20,000 nt of DNA, taken from assembly GCA_000934665.2 (NCBI GenBank), contig KZ538540.1, positions 56,621-76,620 on the forward strand. Direction: 5' to 3'. The notes below the pieces were generated by a model that did no database searches, was not told the origin of the DNA, and was given only the letters and a program-made list of their open reading frames with translations. Origin of the DNA: Catajapyx aquilonaris. Taxonomy: Eukaryota. The position numbers were made by a program, and so were the translations under genes. This document shows, piece by piece, positions 1 to 9,900 of this stretch (its first letter is position 1; each line of letters starts with the position of its first letter).

Positions 1-247
1 TCGGGACTGTGCAAAGGACTACTTCACTATCCAGGTTAGGGACAAGAGTATTGTTGATGCTGTGTGCCCATTTTGCAAGGAGCCTGACCTGGGCAAGGAG
101 GAGGGAGTAGAAGAGGAAGGAGATTACTTTGTCCACCTTGACATGCTGCTCAAGGGAATTCTTGACCAAAATATGCATGAGCTCTTCCAGAGGAAGCTCC
201 GAGATAGGACGCTTATGAAGGACCCAAACTTCAGATGGTGTAACAAG
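1..247 (+). CDS. RNF31: RNF31 exon (5'-partial): RING1 C-terminal half and linker
   Basis: Frame from base 2: [28 protein letters not shown]...DPNFRWCNK; donor AAG|gtacag at 247/248. Confidence 0.93.
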
Positions 248-2036
248 GTACAGATTGTAACCTATTAAATAGTTTTCCCACTACTACATGCAGATTTTTG
301 TTACAAAGTAGTTCATTAAGCAGATATTACACTGTGCATATTAAACTTTGAAAAATGCATAATGCCATCTCCTATGAGCTTTGAAACAGGTCACTAAATT
401 TTGGCCAGTTTATATCAGTTGTATGCTATGATTTTGATGCTTTTCATTAGCCCTCTCTAACTTGAAGTCTTCTCGTTTAGTGTTCATCTGGATTTATAAC
501 TGATCCCAATCACAAGCGTCACATATGCCCTGATTGCAAGGCTGTCACCTGTGCCATGTGCCGGAAGCCTGTAAGTATTTCAGTGCTGTATGGAAAATAT
601 TACTATGACCAGCAATTTCTTTTTCTTTTAAATGCATCCAGTGGGAGAAGCAGCATGAAGGCATATCCTGTGAGCAGTTTGCACAGTGGAAGGAAGAAAA
701 TGACCCTGAGAATCAGGCAGAGGGTGTGTCTTGTTACTTGGCCAAGAATGGAATCACCTGTCCCCGATGTCATCAGGTCTACTCTCTGGCCAGAGGAGGG
801 TGCATGCACTTCTCCTGTATGCAGTGCAAGTTTGAGTTCTGCAGTGGTTGTGGACAGCCCTTCCGTATGGGGGCCCAGTGCGGTTTGGGACCCTTTTGTG
901 CTAAGTTGGGGCTGCATGCACATCACCCAAGGAATTGTCTCTTCTATCTTAGGGACAAGCAGCCGCATGAGCTGCAGGCACTCTTGCAGGTCAGTCAGTG
1001 TATAGGGAGAACACATGAGTACATAACACAAAAGTTTGAATGAAGTTAATTTGTGGTAGGTGTTTTCAAATTATGGAAACTCAAATAATACAGTATATTG
1101 TATGATAAAAATTCTTAGTAATCATACAAGAAAGTGTCAAGTGAAAATGTCTTTAGCGAGTATTAGACCATTAGAAGGATTTTGAAAAATTAATGTACCA
1201 TTATGGCAGGTCTTCGAGACATTTTAAAATTGATCATGAAACACTTCACATTGAGCATAAACTGATGCCTGTGATGCTATGGGGATTTTATTTCACATAA
1301 TTTTAACTCCTGACTCTTTTTACTTTCAGGAGAAGGACATCATGTTTGATACCTTGGGTCCAGGTGAAGAGGAAGAGGAGGAGGAGGAGGAGGAGGAGGA
1401 GGAAGAAGAAGAAGAGGAGGAAGAGGGGGTTGAAGAGGAGGAGGATGGACAAAAGGTTGAAGGTGACGAAGAACATCTTGAAGTGCAAGGAGCCACAGCA
1501 CCAGTTTTGGTTCGCAAGCCTAAGTGCCTGGTCCAAGTCCAGAAGGAGACTGCTACAGGGTTTGAAGATGGAGTTTGTGGGAATGATGTGGATAAGGGAC
1601 AAGCTGGACTCTGCCTGTAAGTGACAAGAAATGTGTGTAAAGGGACAGCTTCATTTGTCATTTTTAAAATTATTTTACAGAGTACATTATGTGGAGTACT
1701 TGGGCAGTTTGATCCACAAGCATCAACTAGACCCTCTTCCAATCATGAGTAATGATGACTTGGAGACCATCATTCGTAGAGCTGATAAGAAATTGCCTGG
1801 GCGACCAAGGGGAATGTCTGATCATGATTACAGGGAAAGTTTACTTAAGGTAGGAAACAGAAATTGTGTTAGTGTCAAATGAATTGCCCTTGCCACTAGA
1901 GCTTTTGGAGCTGGTGTCAATGTACAGCTCATCATGCAATAACCTGCAGAGTACAAGAATGCATAGCAGGGATTGCCTAAGAACTGGTGACATTTGTCTT
2001 TTGCAGATCATCTATGATGAAATTCCCCTTGAGTGA
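1..2036 (+). CDS. RNF31: HOIP/RNF31 (LUBEL-like) linear-ubiquitin RBR E3 ligase, 3' part; join(<1..247,481..570,642..989,1330..1616,1681..1849,2007..2036)
   Basis: Spliced translation gives RING1 end (CPFC...[20 protein letters not shown]), IBR ([27 protein letters not shown]), RING2 ([26 protein letters not shown]) and LDD ([15 protein letters not shown]...C...C..AGLCLVHYVEYL...EIPLE*). These are diagnostic HOIP motifs. All introns are GT-AG with consistent phases. Confidence 0.96.
481..570 (+). CDS. RNF31: RNF31 exon: IBR domain
   Basis: Acceptor tttag|; [30 protein letters not shown]; donor |gtaagt. Confidence 0.94.
642..989 (+). CDS. RNF31: RNF31 exon: IBR end, RING2 (catalytic Cys 801-803, His 807-809), LDD start
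   Basis: Acceptor tccag|; [10 protein letters not shown]...ARGGCMHF...[23 protein letters not shown]; donor |gtcagt. Confidence 0.95.
1330..1616 (+). CDS. RNF31: RNF31 exon: LDD with poly-Glu insertion
   Basis: Acceptor tttcag|; [12 protein letters not shown](E)20GVEEEEDG...[30 protein letters not shown]; phase-2 donor |gtaagt. Confidence 0.92.
1366..1425 (+). repeat. Coding (GAG/GAA)20 trinucleotide repeat encoding 20 Glu
   Basis: Counted directly in the reading frame of exon 1330..1616. Confidence 0.95.
1681..1849 (+). CDS. RNF31: RNF31 exon: LDD helical part
   Basis: Acceptor ttttacag|; (L)[19 protein letters not shown]...YRESLLK; donor |gtagga. Confidence 0.93.
2007..2036 (+). CDS. RNF31: RNF31 terminal coding exon
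   Basis: Acceptor ttttgcag|; IIYDEIPLE then TGA; resembles the EEVPL C-terminal motif of HOIP. Confidence 0.88.
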   Translation: MIYDEIPLE

Positions 2037-2576
2037 GGAGTGGACCACTTCTGCCAACTGGAGCATTTATTTCTTCACCAGTTTCAAGACTATGTCTACC
2101 ACATCATGGACTCTTAGGAGCAGTTGCACTGGAACTATGAAAGGTTTTTCAGCTGGAGAAATTACATGAATGTGGAAAATCGTATTGTTGTCAACAGACA
2201 AGAATAAGGAATTCTTCCATATTTCTGCATATTTACAGCAGAAAAATATTTCCTGGTTGTGGTGCAAGCAGCTCTTAGGATTAAGTATTAATACTTAACA
2301 GTCGGATAATAATCTGACAAGTCAGTTCATCAGGGTTTTGGTTCTCACTACTGTTTTGTTACCAGATTTTGAGAAAATGAGAATCTATATTATTAATATT
2401 GAAGGAGAAAAACTGTGATACCAAAGCCATGTGTCCTCTGGTCATTTCTATACAGTGTGGTTTGTTCAGCTTTTTTTCCTTATTATCATTTTGTAGTTAT
2501 GTTGATAAAAAATAATGCATATTCAGTTGTCCACCTGTTAATGCAGATAGGGTAGCCTTTTCATTTGTATACATTT

Positions 2577-2582
2577 AATAAA
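2577..2582 (+). terminator. Candidate polyadenylation signal for RNF31 (alternatives at 3086-3091 and 3224-3229)
   Basis: AATAAA hexamers in the AT-rich region downstream of the stop codon; which one is used cannot be determined from sequence. Confidence 0.4.
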
Positions 2583-3699
2583 ATATTGCCCTGTTTTGCA
2601 GATGGGAAGTGCAAGTGAAAATATAAAAATTTGCTTAGCATTACTTTCAGTTTATTATGCATTGCAAGAGTAACCCATGACATAAAAAATTGTGCTTAAA
2701 TAGTATGCAGCACAAACCATAACATAATTAAATGACCTGCAACTCCTAAACTTCCTAAAAAAAACTTACAAGCAATATTTTTCAAGCATCTCACAGCCTC
2801 CCTGTGATTCCAATGCATAGTTGTTGTCGGGGGAAAATACCAGTGGTACCTGGAATGCCAACTTAATTTTATTTATATCAACCTAACATTTTCAAGCCTA
2901 ACCTAATTAAGCTAAATTGACCTAACCTACTCTACCATTATATTATTCCTGTATTGACCACTTAAGTTATTTCGCATTATTTTGTAACTTATGTTGGCAG
3001 TTATGGGCTTAATAGGGACATCTTTGATGTGTCTTTGAGGCCTCCTCATTTTCCTGTTGTAGTCATAGTGAATCATGAATCTCAGAATAAATTGTATGCA
3101 TGACACCCCTGCACTTTCTTTTGATAGATTTAAGACACTAACATGTTTTTATGCAAGAAATGTGTGGGTAAGCGAATGAAAATGATTGGTTATGTTGTAT
3201 CACAGAGTTCAAAGTATTCCGAAAATAAAGTGATACACTTTCTTGGTATGGAAATCTTTTTAGGTACAGATGTCAATTAAACTTCAGCATTCCTCTAGGT
3301 CTGAGTTTGGTGATGGACTCCTTTTGTAGATTATTGTCGTGATTGCAACATGGCCTTTTAAAATTATGTTTGTATCATACAAATATGGCAACTAAGCATG
3401 TATTTCTGAAACATAGCAAGTGAACCTTCTGTTACTGATCTAGCTTGTTTCCATTTGATATGAAGATAGGGAGAAATGATGAAGTATGTATCCTGATATT
3501 TTGTATAAGAGAAGCGCGAGGTGATGAGTTTTGTGAGCACACAGTAGTATGTTACTTTCTGATGCAGGTGTTAAAAAGGAAGGGTCGATTCAGCCTATCA
3601 TTCCAGGTGACCAATACAGATGGTGCACTAACTGCAGATATGCTTAACTGATGATTAAACCAAGGGAGTACGCACCTCTTTCAGGTATATTCTCACAAA

Positions 3700-4755
3700 T
3701 GGCTCACACTTGCCGAGAACGTAACCTTTACACCAGCCTAGATCTCATGCACCTAGGTCGTCGCCCTGTACACTTGCATTGGCCGCGGCAGGTAAACTGG
3801 CATGATTTAGTTCCTTACGTCTGATAAGCAAGAGCAGCAAACCCATAAAGAGGAATATAATATATCTGGATATGAGTTGAAAAACTGACAGCGAGTTCAA
3901 ATATGGCTCCCGGCCAGCGACAGAGTTACCAGCTGTTACCCGTGGTGTTACCAGATCGGCCGCGGTGTCAATATGTTTACTTCTAAAAATTAGTAACTAA
4001 TCCTTCACCCGGTTCCTCTCCCTTGCGTTGATGCCATCTTTATCTTTCCCCTTCTTTCCTTCTCAGTTTTCGCCGCCCCCAGCTCCCCTGGCGTCCTTCC
4101 CTTGAACCAGGTGCCCAACTTTCGCTCTTTCAGTACACCCGACGTCGCGGCGCTCAGTCCCACCGTCTTTCTACACAGGGCAGCAAACTCTCCCATTCGA
4201 TCCCCTTCCCTCCCCCCTCTGGAGTAGGACGACTTTCCCCCTCCCTCCACCTCTTCCTACCCTCCCTTCACCCCCCTCCTCCTCCCCCCTCTCCTTCCTA
4301 CCCTCCCTTCACCCTCCCCCTATTTCCCCAGTTTTCGCTCGTCTCTCGCTCTCTTCTCGCTCCCCCGTATGTGACATGGCGTCCTATGTGTTCTGAACCC
4401 CATCCCCCCCTCCCCTCCTCTCCTTCTGCCCTCACCTCCTCTCTCTCACTCTCCGCCACCACTACCCCATCATCTCCCGCCCTACATTCTATATTTCGAC
4501 CCCTCTCCACCCCCTGTCCCGTCCACCCCCTCCGTCAGACAACCCCAGTGCTCCTCGGCCCCTTCTTCCCGCACCGCCCCCGAATACCACCTTCGCCCCT
4601 GGATCCATGAGCCGATCAGGGGGATAGAGAGAGAGAAAGAGAGGGAGGGAGAGAGAGAGAGAGTCAAAAGGGGGGCATACGCGAAACCAGAGGGAATTGA
4701 CTCCAGGGGGTTGGTTTCACGGCCGAAAACTTGACCCTAAGACAGGCCTGCATTG
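3700..4755 (+). promoter_or_regulatory. CpG-enriched promoter / 5' UTR region of WAC
   Basis: Clear rise in CpG relative to the CpG-poor flanks, directly upstream of the WAC ATG. Inr-like TCAGTT 4063-4068; YY1-like GCCATCTT 4033-4040 and ACATGGCG 4374-4381; C/T-rich tract ~4005-4600; GA-rich tract ~4626-4663. Confidence 0.6.
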
Positions 4756-4796
4756 ATGGTAATGCATGCAAGGAAACTCCAAAGGATCAGCGATGG
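4756..4796 (+). CDS. WAC: WAC coding exon 1
   Basis: [13 protein letters not shown](G); donor GG|gtacgg; too short for the ORF track. Confidence 0.92.
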
Positions 4797-6927
4797 GTAC
4801 GGATGAAAAGGCCATACTTGCCTTGGGTTAATGGTTGGAGGGAGGGAGGGGGTTGCAATAGATCAGGCAAAGGTTTCTAACTTTTCTCTCCTTCTTTTGC
4901 AGGATCGGAGTTTTCAGGGCTGATGTCCGGACCCGAGGAGACCCAGGGTTGGAACCGCATTCTCACTCACTCACCTTCTCATCACTTTTGCTTGAACAGG
5001 GTCAATGACTGCACAACACACTCTCTCAAACCCTGCACATTCTGTAGCTAATGTTTACGTCCTGGTCTGGAATACCAGGCTGGCGCAACATGTGCAGAGC
5101 AATGGTTGGGGTTCAGACCCTGGCAGTATGTTTTGGTTTCGTGCCAAGTTAATGGCATATTCCAGCCGCATTGAAACCTTACACGTTCATTACACTATCT
5201 TTATTGACTCGTAAGGAACAACATTAGTAGGCTAACCACTTATCTCAATTATTGGAGAGTTGAAATGTATAGTTACTTGGTTTTAAAGTTGTGCTGGTCG
5301 TTATGAATAGCAACACGTGTGACTTGATAAGTAGTTATTTTACACATGTTTGAGCGAAAGGTGAAATCTTAGGTTAGAATCGTTAGATGAATGTAACTGA
5401 GTGTCATGCTGACATTGCCAGGAAAGCAGCAACATAGAGCTTAAGAATTAGGGAAGAATATTTAAGAGACATATGGAACAAGCCTAGTCTTCATATTTCT
5501 TGCTGAAAGATCATAATGAAGAGTAATTGGGTTACATTGTGACACTTGAAAAAGCTAAGCCACTGAAGGCAGTGCTTACAAATATGGGGTTTGGTTGTGT
5601 TTATGCAGTAAAAGCCAATAAGCCGGAGAGAATAATACAAATATACGACCTGCATTTACCTGGTTATTCAGTTGGCCTCAGTTATTTTGTAGATTTCATG
5701 TAACACTTCATGGCTCCATTTCAGGTATTTCGAGAAGCATCAGGCCCATCCATACCAGGTTAGTCATTCAACTCCACCAGTGTCAGATGGGAGCACTATT
5801 GCATGTGGTGAAAACATTCTTGACACTAATATTTTTCAGAATTCCAAGTACTCGGGTTCAAAAGGCTACCCAGGGGAGCGTTACAACCACGATCAGCAGA
5901 CTGTCCGCGAGTCCCCAAATGGTAACTCACTCCGGACAGACAGCCCGGATTCCAGGTCACAGAGCCCCAGGGATCAGAGGGGCAGTGCCAACTACCACTC
6001 GAAGCAGAGTTACATGCAGAAACTACGGGAGAAGGATGACAGAGGGGACTACAAGTCTAGGGACAAACATTCAGGTCAGAGTTTATAGTTGGTACGTTGA
6101 TAGGCCGCCAACCCTAACTTGCCATTGACGTCATCGTTTTGTTTCCCAACTAGTCAGCGTAAGTATGCTGGACACACCCCTGGAACCCTTCACTATTCAA
6201 GTTTTCCATGGAGATGCCCTCATGCAACCATTACTCGCATTGTTGCATGAGGGCATCTCCATGGAAAACTTGAAAAGTGGAGGGTACTAGGAGTTGGGAA
6301 ACAAAACGATGACGTCAATGGCAAGTTAGGGTTGGCTTCCTATAGTTCTTGCCATATGTAATGTATTTAGCCTTAGAACAGTACATCATGAAAAACAAGG
6401 AGTGTCAACAATATCAACTGTATTACTTTCAATGAAACCATGCAGACAGTGCTATTCTAAGGTCTGACTGCACCAGAGCCATAAGACCCATTTTGACCAG
6501 ACATCAATGAGAAGCAAAAATGGGTCTTCTGGCCAAGAAAAAGTTTTAGGGCCCTGGTGCAAGCAGATTTCAGTCTGAATACATAATTGTGTTATTAACC
6601 ACAATCTGCCTTGCCTTTTTTTTCTTGAGAATGTTAGGTGTAAGGGGAGGTTTTGCGAATTTGAAATCACAATGTAACCAAGTGAAACATTCAGGAATAC
6701 TTCCTGAAACACTTAATTGTTATGCCGAAGAGGACATAGATGGAGGTGGAAAGTGCTGCAAGAATAATTATCAACTTTAATATATGCGAAAAGATTTTCC
6801 TCAGATGACCCATGGTTATTGGACTTATCCAGGCACAGGCTCAATATCAGACTTTTATTTAATATCCCAATTAGGCAGATATTATAGTAGAGAAAGATGA
6901 TTTGTACATTTTTTCACATATCTGATG

Positions 6928-6960
<33 letters not shown>

Positions 6961-9900
6961 TTATTTATTTATTGATACCCCATTGGGAGAATCGGCGCTC
7001 CATTAGAGGGGTGGAGTACCACCATTGGATGGGGCCAAGGATAGGGAGGGAAGGAAGCGGCTGTGGCCTATTATATGGAAGCAACCCTGGAATTATCCTG
7101 GGGGGACCGTGGAAAACCACAGAAAACCACAGTCAGGGTTGCCGGCCCGGGGAGTCGAACCCAGGACCTCCCAATTAGCAGTTGGGCTCCATAACCACCA
7201 CACCAACTTGCTTTGGTCTATGTGATGAATAATTAGGCAACATTATGCCGAGATAAGCCTGGAATCTTTGGTTATAGCTGCATTTTGATGAAGCTCACTT
7301 GCCAGATTGTTTCTGTTTATGTGGATAAAAGATGGGTCCTTTCCAGGATCATTTCTGGATTCAGTTACAATAATCTTTATTCGGGTGTTCTTTTGATGAA
7401 AATGTGAAACTCAATTTTGTGCCTAATTAGTTCCCCAACCAAGAAATCTTGATTTGAAGAGCTCGATTTGCCAATTTTTCTAACTTCATTGGGCCCCTGA
7501 AAGAGATGATGGCTATGATTATTATCTCCATTCCCTCAATTGGGAATTCTGCATTTGATACAGTGCATTGGAGGGGAGTCCATAATGCTAAAAGTGTTTT
7601 CTTTACTTCATATCATAAAATATTAATACACTGTAAGAGATGTCACATAACTGCGAAAATGGTCTTACAATATCGAGATGAGGATGGGCAGAATCTGTTG
7701 GTGAGGTTTTAAAAATATGAAGTGGGATGTCTCAGCCAAGTTATGGAAATTACAGGGGGTGTGGAGTTTTTAGTAGACTGCTGCTCCAGCCACCTGTGTG
7801 CATGTCAACAGTCTGGACCTTATAGACTATTGTTTGACACATACCTTTTTGCCAAAAAAAATTAAAACTGATTGAATGAAATTCATGGAAATAAGTATAA
7901 CAAGGTGTTGGATAAATATTGAAAAAGTATTATGTGAAAATTCCAACATAGCTTTACTTGACATGTTATTCAATGGTATTGGAGGGAATTGTCAAATCCT
8001 AAACTACTAGTATTCCTGTGAGCTCTTCCATCACTCAGCTGAATAATCCCAGGAAATTTGCTGACATATGAGGGATGCAATTAGGAAGTTCATGCAGGAT
8101 TACATTTACGTACACCTTCATATGGTGTTTCCTGTTTTTGTGAGATAGATTTGAAAATAAGCAAAGTTTTCTTTTTGTGGGCCGGTCTCAAAATTCTAAA
8201 CCATGGGGCGGGCTGGTAGCAACTTGGTAGCAACTTAAAAGCCATGGCACAGCGCAAGTGACTGCACAACAAACCTACCAAGAAGTGGATAAAGCTAAGA
8301 GCTTACTCGTATGACGTATTGTATTTGATAAATTAAATGTCAATCACATTAACCTTGTAGACTTCACACTTTTGCAGACAGGCCGGTTGAAAGACGTCTG
8401 CGGGCCTGGTGCCTGCTGCCCACCCCTGCCTTAGTATCATGTGAAGTCATTGTGAAGTAAAGTTGATATTAAAAATTATTCAGTGACTATCTGTAAAGAC
8501 TACACAATTCTGCAGAAACATTTGAATTGAAATTTTTGCATGGTCCTAGAGGTGATATACAGCAGATATATGTTAAGCAAGGACAATATGGAATGGTGCA
8601 ATTTTGCTATGTGTAAGTCCCATTGCATTTTTGTGCTGCCCAGAAATAATGGTAGTCTTGCCACATTGTGGTATTAATTTTGCTATACATAGCAATAATT
8701 TTTGGGAACATGATTGATTTATGACAGGGTTTTTTAAAGTACTGCTCTTTGTTTTCCTTGTACACTTGTTAATTTGTAGAAATATTGGTTACATATGTCC
8801 AATAATAGATTATCACTTCCAGATAGCACAAGATCTCCAAAAGACCGTCGCCTTCGAGAACACCGGGATTCTGAGCAGAGGACCAATCACGATAAGACAA
8901 GTGGCGAGGTCAGTCTCTTTAAGTTTATCACTTTACACTACGTGAAGGTTATATTTTAACTATGTCGTTTGCCCCAGGAGAAGAGGGAGGAGAGGGAAAG
9001 GGAGAGGGAGAGGGTGCTGCGAGTGGGTGACTGGTCAGAGCACATCAGTTCCTCGGGGAAGAAGTACTACTACAACTGCAAGACGGAAGTGTCCCAGTGG
9101 GAAAAGCCAAGGGAATGGGTGGAATGGGAGAGGGGTGGGGGGAGCAGTGGGGCAGGAAGGTCAGGTCAACCACAGCAGGTCAAAGACAGAGGAGAGAGCA
9201 GCAGAGACAGGGACTATACATCTGCAAGGGGATCTTGTAAGTATAGCATATTAACACATGAAAATGTGTGTTAAATCCCTTGCACTAACTTGACATGTAC
9301 ATAATAAAATTTTATATTAGGGCCTACATATTTTCCCAACTCTTGATTCTGGAGAACAGAATTTGGAAACTGGACAGGATTAAATGGAAATAGAATTAAA
9401 TAATAGTGATGCGTGTCACTGGTCACGAGATTTTTTAAATTCCATTTTTTTTACTAAAATAAAATGCACTTGGATGGCATATCAGTAATGTTTCTCGCCC
9501 TTCACATGGATGGGAAATATCAGAAAATATTACCCTACTAAAGCACAACAATGTGGAAAATGTTTCAAAATATTGGCAGTTTGTGTGGAGTCAAATGCAA
9601 GACCAGGCCAACAAAATGCGTCTCACACAAAGTTTGCAACCAGTCTGTTGACATGCCTACCACAGCATTATGGAACCCCCTATGGCCTATGTGCTTCGTT
9701 CATCTCCTCCACCCACGTGGGGTTTTCGATTTGGCACTCGTGCCCTACCAAAGCTGTGTGGTGCATCCTAGAAGAAACCTCCCAAACCCCCAATTCAAAT
9801 TCAAACCGTCAAACCACCAATTGCGCCCAATGTAAACCACTAGCACCTCGACTCTTGGCCCGTCCATCTTGTAATCACTTCGCCACACTTGGCGCTTATT

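Noticed and set aside
1303..1742. Overlapping ORFs with poly-Leu/Phe, poly-Ser or poly-Arg
   Set aside because: Alternative-frame and antisense readings of the GAG/GAA repeat in the RNF31 exon.
2878..2930. Degenerate (CCTAA)n units resembling arthropod TTAGG telomeric repeat
   Set aside because: Only a few imperfect units. Such tracts are common in arthropod repeats, and no element boundaries were found.
7140..7218. tRNA gene on the minus strand (also 17400-17476)
   Set aside because: A and B boxes are present, but each continues into a SINE body, tail and TSD. These are SINE heads.
7388..7505. Possible intronic C/D box snoRNA (TGATGA 7394-7399 ... CTGA 7497-7500, short terminal complementarity)
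   Set aside because: The C box lacks the leading purine, the stem register does not fit a canonical kink-turn, and no rRNA/snRNA guide was recognised. A snoscan/Rfam search would settle it.
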